From: Histomonas meleagridis 2922-C6/04-290x
Lineage: Eukaryota > Protista > Parabasalia
Direction of reading: 5' to 3'
Length of the DNA: 64,000 bases
Assembly (NCBI GenBank): GCA_020184695.1
Contig: JAANOX010000202.1
Coordinates: 1 to 64,000 of the forward strand
Under the pieces are notes generated by a model. That model was not told the origin of the DNA, did no database searches, and saw only the letters and a list, made by a program, of their open reading frames with translations. The translations under genes and the position numbers were made by a program. Positions 11,112 through 21,929 of this stretch are shown here, in pieces; position 1 is the stretch's first letter, and each line of letters opens with the position of its first letter.

Positions 11112-11158
11112 AACCGTTTATAAAAAGTGCACACTGAAGCAGTTCCTAGGAACGGTTG
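11112..11158 (+). promoter_or_regulatory. Two M3-like (Myb-type) core promoter motifs upstream of the MYST gene
   Basis: AACCGTTT at 11112 and AACGGTTG at 11151 match the trichomonad M3 consensus DRCSGYTD, just upstream of ATG 11165. Confidence 0.55.
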
Positions 11159-11164
11159 TAATAT

Positions 11165-12382
11165 ATGACATGTGATGTGAATTTGATAAGTTTTTCGATG
11201 ATAACAAACCAAACTAATTTTAATCTTCTTGACTTTGTTACATGCTACTGCAAAGAATATCAAGAAAACAAAAAAGCTCAAATTCTACAATTTCGAAATG
11301 ATAATACACTTGCTTATATTCATTTTGAACATGAAGACAAAAGACTTGATCGATGGGTGAAAACTACAGAATTATCACCATACGTGCCAACAAACGAAAC
11401 GACAGAGGATAGAGTTTTATCACGACGAGATTATGAAAGGCTACATCATTCAGATGAAGATAGTGATGGGTTATCAGACGGAGAGCTTAAGTTTGAAAAA
11501 CTACACAAAGAAGTTACCAAAATCAGAAATATTGATCAAATTACAATTGGCAAATACACCATTCGAACCTGGTATTTTTCACCATATCCAAAGCCATTTC
11601 TTAATGCGACAAGCTTATACATTTGTGATCATTGTTTTCAATATTTTCTTACACAAGAAGATCTTGATTTACATCTTCAAAGTGGAGAAATGACACCTCC
11701 TGGTCGTGAAATCTATCGGAAAGATAACATTAGCATCTTTGAGATTCATGGTAAATATCAAAAAATTTGTTGTCAATGCCTTTGTTTACTTGCGAAACTA
11801 TTTCTTGATCATAAAACACTTTTTTATGACGTAGAAGGTTTCATTTTCTATGTTCTTTGTGAGTGCGATGAAAATGGAGCTCATATTGCTGCTTATTTTT
11901 CGCGCGAAATAAATAGCGATGCTGGTAATATATTGGCTTGTATCGTTGCACTTCCTCCTTATCAAAAAAAAGGTTATGGCAGACTATTGATTTCTCTATC
12001 GTACGAAATTGCTAAACGGCAGCATCGGTCGGGGGGCCCCGAGAGACCGTTAAGTGATCTTGGAAAAATTGCATTTCATTCTTATTGGAGAGATACTTTA
12101 GTTGAATTATTAAAAGATCATAGTAAAGAAATGATATCGTTGGATGATATCGTAATGATGACATCAATATCAAGAGATGACGTGATAGATGTATTAAGAG
12201 AAATTAACTGCGTATCAAGAGCTAAAGGTGAATATGAACTAATGGTGCAGAAAGATAGTTTAATGGATGCTATACATAAGTTCGAAAATGGTAGAAAAAG
12301 AGCAAAAATTGATCCAATGTGTTTGATTTGGCTGGACGGAGATGATGACAAAACAGATTTTACAAAGGTACCGAGTTGTTAA
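11165..12382 (+). CDS. MYST-family histone acetyltransferase (Esa1/Tip60-like) with N-terminal chromo-barrel
   Basis: YIHFEHEDKRLDRWV, TWYFSPYP, C2HC finger, LAKLFLDHKTLFYDV, ACI..LPPYQKKGYG and catalytic PERPLSDLG. Confidence 0.92.
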   Translation: MTCDVNLISFSMITNQTNFNLLDFVTCYCKEYQENKKAQILQFRNDNTLAYIHFEHEDKRLDRWVKTTELSPYVPTNETTEDRVLSRRDYERLHHSDEDSDGLSDGELKFEKLHKEVTKIRNIDQITIGKYTIRTWYFSPYPKPFLNATSLYICDHCFQYFLTQEDLDLHLQSGEMTPPGREIYRKDNISIFEIHGKYQKICCQCLCLLAKLFLDHKTLFYDVEGFIFYVLCECDENGAHIAAYFSREINSDAGNILACIVALPPYQKKGYGRLLISLSYEIAKRQHRSGGPERPLSDLGKIAFHSYWRDTLVELLKDHSKEMISLDDIVMMTSISRDDVIDVLREINCVSRAKGEYELMVQKDSLMDAIHKFENGRKRAKIDPMCLIWLDGDDDKTDFTKVPSC

Positions 12383-12795
12383 GAATGCGTTTCCTTTTTA
12401 AATTATGTAATTTCTTTCGATATTATTATTTTAATAAGAATTTTGTGGGTTTTGTATAACATATTTGAGGCTTAAAATCACTCTGAGGTGGTTTGAAGAT
12501 ATGGTGCATCTTATGGATCAATAATTCATGTTATTAAATTAATTGAAATATTAGTTCAGATCACTTTGCTGTCATAATACAACAAGTTTATATACTTCGT
12601 AAAAAAAAAATGGTATTGATCAATTCTTTTTAATTTATAAATTTAATTAATTTTGGAAAATCCATCTCTCAATATAAATCAAAACTATATTTAAATGAGA
12701 AGTTTTGATAGCATATGTGATAATGATTTGATGTTTAACATTTATTTCTATCTCTATTAAAGTTTTTCCCATAAAATTCCATAAAATCTTTTCGT

Positions 12796-14199
12796 ATGCT
12801 AAATCTCCTCATAATTATATCTTATAAATTTAATGAAAACATAAACACAAATGGACCTTATTATTTTTTTAGCGATTTTGGTTTTGAAAAAAATGGAGAA
12901 TATGAATTCAATTTAACTAATATACCATCTAATATAACACGCATTGTTTTTGATCTTTTCCCAAGAAGCGAAATGGTACGGATGTCTAGTGTGTTAATAG
13001 GGAGGAATCAAATGAAATGCTCAGATTTATCTAATTATATTCAATCAGTTAAAGATTATCCAGTAACAAGCAACTCATGTCAAATTAATGGCAACATTTC
13101 ATCTAAGGGAATTTACTATCCATTTATTTTTTTGTGTGGTAATTCACAATCAAAATATACTATCACAGGAATATACAAAAATCCAAACTCCTTTCTCGAC
13201 TATCGCCAAATACCTCTTCTAGTCATAAATCCAATTTTCACCAGTTTGTATGGAATCTTATTAATTCTTTGGTTAATTAATTGGTTTCAAAATTTTACAC
13301 TCAAAAATACATTACATCTCAGCCTCACATTGACATTTTTTGTGGCATTTCTTAATTCACTTATGTATAATTTTTATCTTTATCATTATCATAAATCACA
13401 TGATTATTCATATTTAAGTCCAATTTCAAGTACTTTCAGTATTTTGAATTACTTTTTCTTACTTTCATCAATGATGTTAGCAGCTAATGGTTTAAGTATT
13501 ATTGTTGATTCACTTTCAACTCAAAGAATTGTATTATCATTTGTCGAATCATTTTTAGCTATTTCACCAATAGCTATTCGTGGATATCTTGATTTTTCTC
13601 GAACAACTGAATTTATTTTAATTATATTAAGTTTTATCTTTTTCCAAATATATTATCAAGAAATGATAAAAGCAGTTAATAATGCCAATTCATTTGTTCT
13701 AGCACATTTATTTCTTATTTCTCAATCAGGAATTGATTCAAAGACAACACCTATTTTTAAGAAATATAAATTGTTTCAAACAATTTCTCATACAGCTTTA
13801 TTTTATTTCATTTTGTTCTTTTCAATATTAATAATAGCAGAAGTGTTTTGGTTCCCAGTTTATTTATATTATTCATTATTTGATGCTTTGAATTTATTGG
13901 TTATGGCTGCGGCTGCTTGGATATTTAAGTTAAAGAAACAACTTACAAATGGTTATATGATGATAGGAGATGATGGTAATAACCAAGCGACATTCTCAAT
14001 GGAAGATATAAGAAATCTGTCAATTGATCAAGAAATATTTAATCAAGGAACAACTTGGGAAGAAGGAATGCCATTACCACCACAGCCTTCAATAGTAACA
14101 GAAAAAACAGAAAACCACCAAAAAGATGAGATAGAAACGAAGAAAGAAGAAGAAGAAAAAAATGAAAACGTTGATGCTGCATCCAATGAAATGCTCTGA
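12796..14199 (+). CDS. Lung seven-TM receptor-like (GPR107/TMEM87/GOST family) membrane protein
   Basis: Hydrophobic N-terminus, luminal domain ending NPNSFLDYRQIP, about 7 hydrophobic segments, acidic tail with WEEGMPLP. Confidence 0.7.
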   Translation: MLNLLIIISYKFNENINTNGPYYFFSDFGFEKNGEYEFNLTNIPSNITRIVFDLFPRSEMVRMSSVLIGRNQMKCSDLSNYIQSVKDYPVTSNSCQINGNISSKGIYYPFIFLCGNSQSKYTITGIYKNPNSFLDYRQIPLLVINPIFTSLYGILLILWLINWFQNFTLKNTLHLSLTLTFFVAFLNSLMYNFYLYHYHKSHDYSYLSPISSTFSILNYFFLLSSMMLAANGLSIIVDSLSTQRIVLSFVESFLAISPIAIRGYLDFSRTTEFILIILSFIFFQIYYQEMIKAVNNANSFVLAHLFLISQSGIDSKTTPIFKKYKLFQTISHTALFYFILFFSILIIAEVFWFPVYLYYSLFDALNLLVMAAAAWIFKLKKQLTNGYMMIGDDGNNQATFSMEDIRNLSIDQEIFNQGTTWEEGMPLPPQPSIVTEKTENHQKDEIETKKEEEEKNENVDAASNEML

Positions 14200-14280
14200 T
14201 GTTTTACTCATTATGTTTTAGATAAATTTGAAACTATCAAAAATAGAAATAAAAATTCACTAAATTAATAATATTTAAAT

Positions 14281-15748
14281 ATGTTTATTTTGATCATCTT
14301 CTTCATTTTAAAATGTTAGAAGAAGTTTGAATAAACAATAAATGTAATGAAATGTTAATGATACCTCAAAACACAGTATAACTTAAATCTTGACTTACCA
14401 CAGAATATCAAACCAGAAAAACAATTTAAAAATAACAAAAATACCTTAAGAAATATTCATTACTGTACAATCAATTAAATAAATTTATAATAAATATAAA
14501 TTCTCAATAAAATTAAATTTTTTGAAGTATCTGTAATAAAACATGAACAACTGAATCAAAATATAAAATTTTTAATAAAGCCTATTTATTAACATTTTAA
14601 TATGTCGTCAATAAAAAAGTAAATTGAATTAATATTATTTCAACCTGCTTACAATAATATATGAACATTCATAAAGGAACAGCGGAACTCTTTTTCAAAA
14701 ATAAATAAAGAAATACAAATATAAATTGTGTAGGAAATATAAATACAAATCAATATATATATTTGATTGAATATTGAATATTGTATTTGAATCAAAGAAA
14801 ATAATATTCAATATTCTAATTATCAAGAAGATGGTATTGTTTATGATAAAAACATTACGACTATTCTCATTTATCCACCAGGTAGAACAAACAATACATT
14901 TTTACTTCCAAATTCAATATTAAATATTTCTGAATATTTTTTTTCAAGTATTTTTTATTTAGAAAATATTATTTTACATGAAAATGTTATGAATATTTTA
15001 AATTATTTATTTATTAATTGTCCTCGAATGAAATGTATTTATTATTTAGGAGAAATATCACCAAATATTGAAGAACATTCATTTGTTAATATTTCAACGA
15101 ATATTGTTATTGTTCCATTAACATATTTAAATGAAACATTCGGCTCATTAAATATTGTTAAAGGATTAACAAATGAATGTCAATTATTAATAACATTTTC
15201 TGATTCAAATACATTTTCTCAATATAAAACATTATCCTATTCGAATACATTTACGAAATCATTATTAATAAATTCTTCATTAACATTTGTAAGCACTTTA
15301 ACATATTTATATTCTATTACACAAACAATTTCATTATATAATACACAAATAAATTCATTTACATTTTCATACATTAATTCATCACATACGTATATTGAAA
15401 CAGGATTTATTTATTATAATTATACAATTTTTTGCTACTTATTATAGTTTTTATTCTTATTTCTTTACATTTTTATTTGCAAGTGAATTTCAAACAAACG
15501 AAAATAAAAACGTAATTATCATTTCTGTTTTCGTTGTAGTAGTTGGAATTATTGTAATTTCATTTCTTGTTATTCTTTTAGATAGAATCAAACATAAAAA
15601 ACATTTACGTGAAGAACGAGAGAAAGAAAGCATTGAGCAAAACAATGTTGAAATCCAAAGCACATTTCAAAATACATTAACAACAAATATGGATGAAGAT
15701 CCATTTGCAGAAGATTTTAAAGAAGAAAAATTTATCAATCATATTTAG
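14281..15748 (+). pseudogene. Disrupted BspA-like type-I surface protein (TpLRR + S/T/Y-rich stalk + TM + DPF tail)
   Basis: Signal-like MFILIIFFILK at 14281 is followed by stops. Open frame 14791-15447 contains DGIVYDKNITTILIYPPGRTNNTFLLPNSI and a TFSDSNTFS stalk. A frameshift at the T6 run 15428-15433 leads into the TM and the tail DEDPFAEDFKEE. Confidence 0.7.
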
Positions 15749-16421
15749 AAGTTAGTAAAAATAATATATTTTAAAATGTAAAATGTTATATCTTGCTTTT
15801 TGAATAAAAATATATGCTAATATGTAAAATATAATCATTGTGAAAAGCTTTCTACCTGAAAGTTTATATAAAATTTAGCTTAATAATGATAAAGAAATCT
15901 ATTATAATTTTAATGATATAAAAATTTATGTATGTTAAAATAATAACATCATTTGCGTGAATAACTGTAAATTTCTTAAATATAATCATAATGCTATCAA
16001 AATTGCATGGCTATGCTAGTGATGAAATATATAATTGATATGAATGTTGAATACAAAATGATTTCTAACACATAACCATATTACTTTTCTTCTTTTCTCT
16101 TCGACACTGATGGATCTATTACATTGCCACCAACAGATCTTCCAAAAGAAAGATAATTTTTTACTTTTAAAATTTCCAACTCACAGAACAATTAATTCCG
16201 AAAAAATTCCTTGGAGATATACTTATTGATTTCATCAATAGTAACAGTATCAATCATTTTCAAACATTACATTCTGATTTTGTTCATTACCCTTTTTGGT
16301 TACTTCTTACACAATATATTAAACTCCACAAATTTTATGACTATTATAATAAGAACATTTACTCAATTCATAATATAAATTTAACATATCCCAAAAAAAT
16401 AAAAATGTTTAACATATATAT

Positions 16422-17750
16422 CTATACCTTTTGGTTGAATGCGTCCTCACTTCTATCTATTTCCCATTTCAGCAGTGCCTCTTTGTCCGCCTTATTCCTG
16501 ACCATTTCGGTGAATCTTTTCATTCTATAATTGGCGAGCGACACGCCCAATGATATCCTCGAGTCCTCGATCACATTATAGTCATCCAACTCGAGGGAAA
16601 TGTCGAAATTTTTCTTGAACCATTCGAGCGCGTCTTCTTTCTGATCACTTTCCCATAATATCTTTCCCATTGTCAGACAAGACATCGCTTTGTCCTTAGC
16701 GTTGCCTGTTTGATTCGCTAGTTCATGTAATATCTTAAAGTGATCGACTGCTAAATCGATCTTTCCCATATATTTATACGAAGTAGCTAACGCTGACACA
16801 GAAGCACTTTGCCCTTCGACGTTTCCAAGTTCTTTATATATTTGAAAGGCTTTGTCAAAGTGCTCTATCGCTAAGTCCAACATTTCCATTTGACGATAGC
16901 AATCGCCAAGTTGTTGGTGGCAAATGGCTAAAGAAAGCGGTACACCGGAGTCAGAAGCAACTTTTAGTGATTTGTTAAGGAAGTCTATGGCTTGATCACC
17001 TTCACCTCGTGAAATCAACGTATCAGAATATGACCGATATGCATCAATTAACGCTGCCTGCGCTTCGGGAATACCATCGTGAATGGAAGTGCAAACATTT
17101 AAACATTCTTCACAAAAATGTAAACAACTTTCAAGATCACCAGCTTCTTTAAAAAGACGAGCAATCTCTCGTAATGCTTGAGCTTCTTGAACCATGTCAG
17201 AGGTGAATAAAGCATAATCACGAAGTTTTTCTAAATATGTGATTGCAATAGTCATATCATTAATTGATTGAAAATATTGAGATAAATCTGTATATGCTCG
17301 TGAAAGATCCTTATCACGTCCATGCCGACGTGCAATTTCAGCTTCAACAAGTCGTGATTGTATGAATTCATATTTTTCTGGTGGAACTATTGGTGGTTGT
17401 GTAAATGCATTGGTATTCTTTGGATCCTTATAATAGTCATAGTGAAATGATCCTGGACATTTTGGATGAGTTATTTTGAAAAAATCTGAAAATGAATCAA
17501 CATATCCTTTGGTAAGTAAATCAATACAAATTGATTCTTCCGGTGTACGAAGTTCTGCATCTGTTGGTTTCCTCATTTCAACTTGCATTGTTTCAATGTG
17601 TTGATTTGCTGTTAATAATTTTTGTGTCTTTGCTTTGATTGCTCTTAAAGAAGGTTCTTTTTTTCTAGCACGCTTTTGTGCATCCCCTGTTTTACGATCA
17701 ATTATTTGATTACGTAATTCTTTTGCTCTTTTTCTTGTTTCTGCATCCAT
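16422..17750 (-). CDS. TTC29: Tetratricopeptide repeat protein 29-like (flagellar axoneme)
   Basis: ICIDLLTKGYVDSFSDFF motif followed by multiple TPRs. Confidence 0.75.
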   Translation of the reverse strand: MDAETRKRAKELRNQIIDRKTGDAQKRARKKEPSLRAIKAKTQKLLTANQHIETMQVEMRKPTDAELRTPEESICIDLLTKGYVDSFSDFFKITHPKCPGSFHYDYYKDPKNTNAFTQPPIVPPEKYEFIQSRLVEAEIARRHGRDKDLSRAYTDLSQYFQSINDMTIAITYLEKLRDYALFTSDMVQEAQALREIARLFKEAGDLESCLHFCEECLNVCTSIHDGIPEAQAALIDAYRSYSDTLISRGEGDQAIDFLNKSLKVASDSGVPLSLAICHQQLGDCYRQMEMLDLAIEHFDKAFQIYKELGNVEGQSASVSALATSYKYMGKIDLAVDHFKILHELANQTGNAKDKAMSCLTMGKILWESDQKEDALEWFKKNFDISLELDDYNVIEDSRISLGVSLANYRMKRFTEMVRNKADKEALLKWEIDRSEDAFNQKV

Positions 17751-17871
17751 ATTTTATAACGGATAATTATTGGATCACCCCAACGTAAACTCAACAAAAA
17801 ATCTATCGGCCAAAAATACATTTTTTACAAAGTTTGTTTGGATATGTCATAAAAAGTGGCAAAATTCAAAA

Positions 17872-18978
17872 ATGTTTTTGCTTTTTTTGATTGGCATTAA
17901 AATCACTGCCGATTCTAAACAAGCTAAAGAAATCATCAAAAATAGTTCAAAGGTTCCCGCTTTTCTTTTACTTCATTCTCCTTATTGTGGATTTTGTAAA
18001 CAAATTCGTCCAACATGGCAAGATTTAATGAACAAATATGAAAACGAAACAGGTGTTGTTATTGGTGAAGTAGATTGTATTGAAAATAAAATCTGTCATG
18101 AAATATGTAACATCACTGGATATCCATCATTTTGTACTTATCTAAGAGGGAAATCAACCAATCTTAGACCAGCTCGTAACATGGAGAATTTCATCAACAT
18201 TACAGAAAATCTTTTGAAAGCTGATTTATCTCTTCCATGTTCAGCTCAATATCCATATGAATTCAAACAGAAGTATCCCTCTTTTATCTTTTCCAGTAAT
18301 TCACCACCACGACAACAATGTAAATTTATTAATGATGTCAGCAAACGCTTTAAAGGCATGAATGATCAATTTTATTTTTCAGTCTCTGAAAAGCGCACAC
18401 TCAAAGCTCTGATCAGCGCTAACACTGTTGTTGAATACTTTGGCGACTTCAGCACAACTTCCACCAATGACTTCATCAGTGAATATCGCATCACTTCACT
18501 CGGTGATTGGGAACTCACTGAAGCCGTTTCGACACGACGCAAGTTTATGATCCTTATATATAACAAATATAGTACGTTGAATAGCTTTAGGCCTATTTTT
18601 GAAACACACGAAAGCTCTATCTTATGTGCAAAGATGCCATATAATGCATTTCATAACATATATCCAGATATGATAATAAATACTCCAACATTAGCTATCG
18701 GAGATAAAGATACAAAAACTTTCCATATCATAAATGAAGTTAATGATGAAGAGTCATTAAAGAAAATACTGGAAAATGTCGAAAACGGAATTTATGATAA
18801 AGCAACAAATGTAAACTTAACTGCACTGTATCAACACGCACAACAAAAAGTCAACGAAAGAAAAGGAAAGAAAAGAGATAAAATCGTTTTGTTGTTGCTT
18901 GTAGCTTTAGCTGTTTTGATTGTCGCGGCTATACTTCTTACATATATATTAAGATCAACAACGCAAAAGATAGAGTAA
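17872..18978 (+). CDS. Thioredoxin/PDI-like type-I membrane protein
   Basis: Signal peptide MFLLFLIG at ATG 17872, CGFC active site, V..VDC..N..IC...I.GYPS, C-terminal TM. Confidence 0.8.
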   Translation: MFLLFLIGIKITADSKQAKEIIKNSSKVPAFLLLHSPYCGFCKQIRPTWQDLMNKYENETGVVIGEVDCIENKICHEICNITGYPSFCTYLRGKSTNLRPARNMENFINITENLLKADLSLPCSAQYPYEFKQKYPSFIFSSNSPPRQQCKFINDVSKRFKGMNDQFYFSVSEKRTLKALISANTVVEYFGDFSTTSTNDFISEYRITSLGDWELTEAVSTRRKFMILIYNKYSTLNSFRPIFETHESSILCAKMPYNAFHNIYPDMIINTPTLAIGDKDTKTFHIINEVNDEESLKKILENVENGIYDKATNVNLTALYQHAQQKVNERKGKKRDKIVLLLLVALAVLIVAAILLTYILRSTTQKIE

Positions 18979-19564
18979 ATACAAACTATGAAATCGTGTG
19001 TGTTTAATGAAAATCATAAATAACTTAAGTTTCAAAATAAAAATATCTTTTTATAAATAATTTGTACTTATTTTTTAAACATATATGAAAATATATACAT
19101 ATATATTGAACTTTAACTCAGATGCAAATAATAATTTACGAAATCCATAAAAATAATAATAAATATCAAAGAAAAATGAAATATAAAAATTTGTTCAAAA
19201 ATTCGATTTAATACAGGACATATTAATATTCAAACCATTAATGTGTGCAAAGAAATAATTACGGAAAAAAGTAAAAAAACAAGAAATAATAATGATATAT
19301 TAATGATGTGAGAGAAAGATATTTTATTTTCTAGTTCCATAATCAACTAATTGTTATTGTTTCACATAAATTAATTTTAATCATTTTACAAAAAAGGTTA
19401 TTATTCGAATAAAATGTGCTATAATTTATCAAGATATCCTGAAACACAAAAAATGAAACATAACAAATCGAGTGCGTATTTTAAACTGATTAAAGAAAAA
19501 TATTCTGATGAGAAAATTCCATATGAAATGAGTCAATACGTTTTTTAGTCAATATTCCTTATGT

Positions 19565-21346
19565 TTATGCCTTACTTATGTTTGGGCAGAGCGAACTTAT
19601 CAGTTTTTTGCCATTTGTCACGTTGGTACTTCCTACATGGAACACCACATTACCCTCGAACAGAATCTTTCCCATTTCTCTCATCAGCAAAGTCTCTGTT
19701 GCCGTCACGCCACCTATCACGTACACGAGCACTCTCTTCGGGACTACGCCGTTCTCGTCGTACTTCACAATCGGCTCTTCGCCGATTACTTTATGCGGTA
19801 TGTTCATTTGCGTCATCAACTTATCGACTTCGCTGTTGCGTGCATTCCATTCGTTGTTTAGTCCGCGTTGTATTAGTCGTAACAATATTGGAACATATGT
19901 ATCATAGCCGGTCTCAATGTCAACGCGCACTTTGTTTCCTTCTTCATCATATGTAACTTGTGGCTCATTAAACACTAATTTAAGGACTTCGTTAATTCGC
20001 TTAAATTTGATTCGAGTGTTTCGTGAAAAAATGGATGCCGTCTTTGTTAATAGTCCGGATTTCTCTAAATTAAGTAAATCTTCAACTGATTTATACCCAT
20101 GTTGCCCAATAAGTCGTCGTTGGAAATCAGTTAAAAGATTATTAGAAATGCCGCCATATGAAACAGACATTATACATAATAATCGAAGTGCATCAACAGT
20201 CGTTTGTCGATTCATCATCTTTAAAAGCAACTCAGTATTAGGTTCATTAAGTAATAATGAATCAAATTCAAAATTCATTATAGGTCGTAATAAACGGTCG
20301 CCATGAATTAAACGGTCGAGAATTTTGAAATGAAGTAAAACATATGGCTTAAGCTCACCGAGGCGTTGGGTACGCTTGGCATGGACTTTCCATTGGGTTG
20401 TGCCTATGGAGTTCTTAAGCTTATCTTCCATTCCTTCTATTTCGGTTTTATATTCTTGAATACGTAAACCAACATCAGATAAGGTCTTTCCTGCAATTTC
20501 AGAGTAAACTTCATCATAGTCATTGGAAAGGAGTGTCTCATAAACCTCCTTATTTTCATCTATGATAAGTGGTAAATCATTTGGAAGTTCAAGATAGCCA
20601 TAATTCACATCAAATCGCTCATCAACAAGACCGCCATAATAAAACTGTGATAGAAGTGGCGTCATTAGATCTGCCGTACGATCAATTATGAAAATTTCAT
20701 CAAATTGTGGTGCTGCTGTTAAAAAACTGCTTCCAACTTGAGACTTGTATTGTTCAAGCATTTCGTAGACCATCATTGAGATGTTTCCTGCAATGAATGT
20801 GCGTTGTGGAAGCCCACTAATGGTTTGTAATTTTAATAATGCTCTTGAGATTGTAGATACATCAGTAACATCATCTTGAGCAAAACACCTTTTGAAGCAA
20901 TCTTCCGCTGGAGTTAAAAAGCTGTAATTTTCCGTTGGAAGAATTTCAACAGGAAATTCCATAATAGTTGCATTTAAGTTATGTTCTTTAACAATTGATT
21001 GACATGCAATAGAGATGCATGGAACCATTATTAGATAAATTTGATTGTTTTGTATCAATTTGAGTTTTTGACACGTAAATTGAATATCTTCATTTACGTC
21101 ATCGCAAAAGCAACAAATATTTCCTGTTCCAGGATCCTCTGAAAGTGTGTCAAGAATAATTGTTTTTGTGAAATATGTGCTTAATTTTTCGGAAATTCCA
21201 TTTGAGAAAATTCTTTGGATGAAAGGCCTTATTTTCTGAGAATAACAAAGAATCCTTGGTGCTGAAATTTTACCCATTAGGGAGGTGAATTCATCGAGAT
21301 TTAGATCATTGTATACTTGATAAATGTTTTCCTGTTTTTCACCCAT
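19565..21346 (-). CDS. VPS33: Sec1/Munc18-family protein Vps33
   Basis: IIDRTADLMTPLLSQFYYGGLVDE, YDTYVPILLRL, LVYVIGGVTATE. First ATG at 21346. Confidence 0.85.
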   Translation of the reverse strand: MGEKQENIYQVYNDLNLDEFTSLMGKISAPRILCYSQKIRPFIQRIFSNGISEKLSTYFTKTIILDTLSEDPGTGNICCFCDDVNEDIQFTCQKLKLIQNNQIYLIMVPCISIACQSIVKEHNLNATIMEFPVEILPTENYSFLTPAEDCFKRCFAQDDVTDVSTISRALLKLQTISGLPQRTFIAGNISMMVYEMLEQYKSQVGSSFLTAAPQFDEIFIIDRTADLMTPLLSQFYYGGLVDERFDVNYGYLELPNDLPLIIDENKEVYETLLSNDYDEVYSEIAGKTLSDVGLRIQEYKTEIEGMEDKLKNSIGTTQWKVHAKRTQRLGELKPYVLLHFKILDRLIHGDRLLRPIMNFEFDSLLLNEPNTELLLKMMNRQTTVDALRLLCIMSVSYGGISNNLLTDFQRRLIGQHGYKSVEDLLNLEKSGLLTKTASIFSRNTRIKFKRINEVLKLVFNEPQVTYDEEGNKVRVDIETGYDTYVPILLRLIQRGLNNEWNARNSEVDKLMTQMNIPHKVIGEEPIVKYDENGVVPKRVLVYVIGGVTATETLLMREMGKILFEGNVVFHVGSTNVTNGKKLISSLCPNISKA

Positions 21347-21929
21347 TTTTGACAATTCTTTTAGGGGGATCTGAAACCGTTTTTTAAATCAGTAGACAAA
21401 AGTGCAAAACTGTCACGAAGAAGTGGAAATTTTTTGTAGTGGCTTAAAATAAGGAGGGAAAAACAGAAAATTTCATACTGCATTTATTCCATGGCCATGC
21501 AGATTATGGTCGTAAGAGCACCAATAATGATTCTAATTAAAAAAATAGTATGAAATACCTGAATTCAGGTAAAGCCTGTATGAAACCGTTAACTCCTCTT
21601 AGATATACACTTTTTTATTCATATCTGGATTCCACATATTTGAGTGTTTTCTTACATTTAAATTAATTTTCAATTTCAATTTTTTATTGAGAATATTGTT
21701 GCTGAAATATGTTACTTTACGGTAAATTTATACATATTTATTCAACTTCTTGAAAAACTCATTTTCAAATCATTGTTTAATGCATCAAAAATCTTTTCAA
21801 AAGAATTACGTAATTCTTTCGCCACACAAGAACATCATGAATTTCTTCCATCCTTTTTTCCTGAGTACGTTTAATCAAAGGAAAATCAAATTTGTATAAA
21901 CAGCTTTATTAATAAACGTAATATATTAA

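Noticed and set aside
16080-16290. Short coding-like fragments on the minus strand (MIDTVTIDEINKY; LSFGRSVGGNV)
   Set aside because: Under 25 aa each, separated by stops, and no family recognisable.
19561-20306. Several plus-strand ORFs antisense to Vps33
   Set aside because: Shadow ORFs within a GC-richer part of a well-supported gene.
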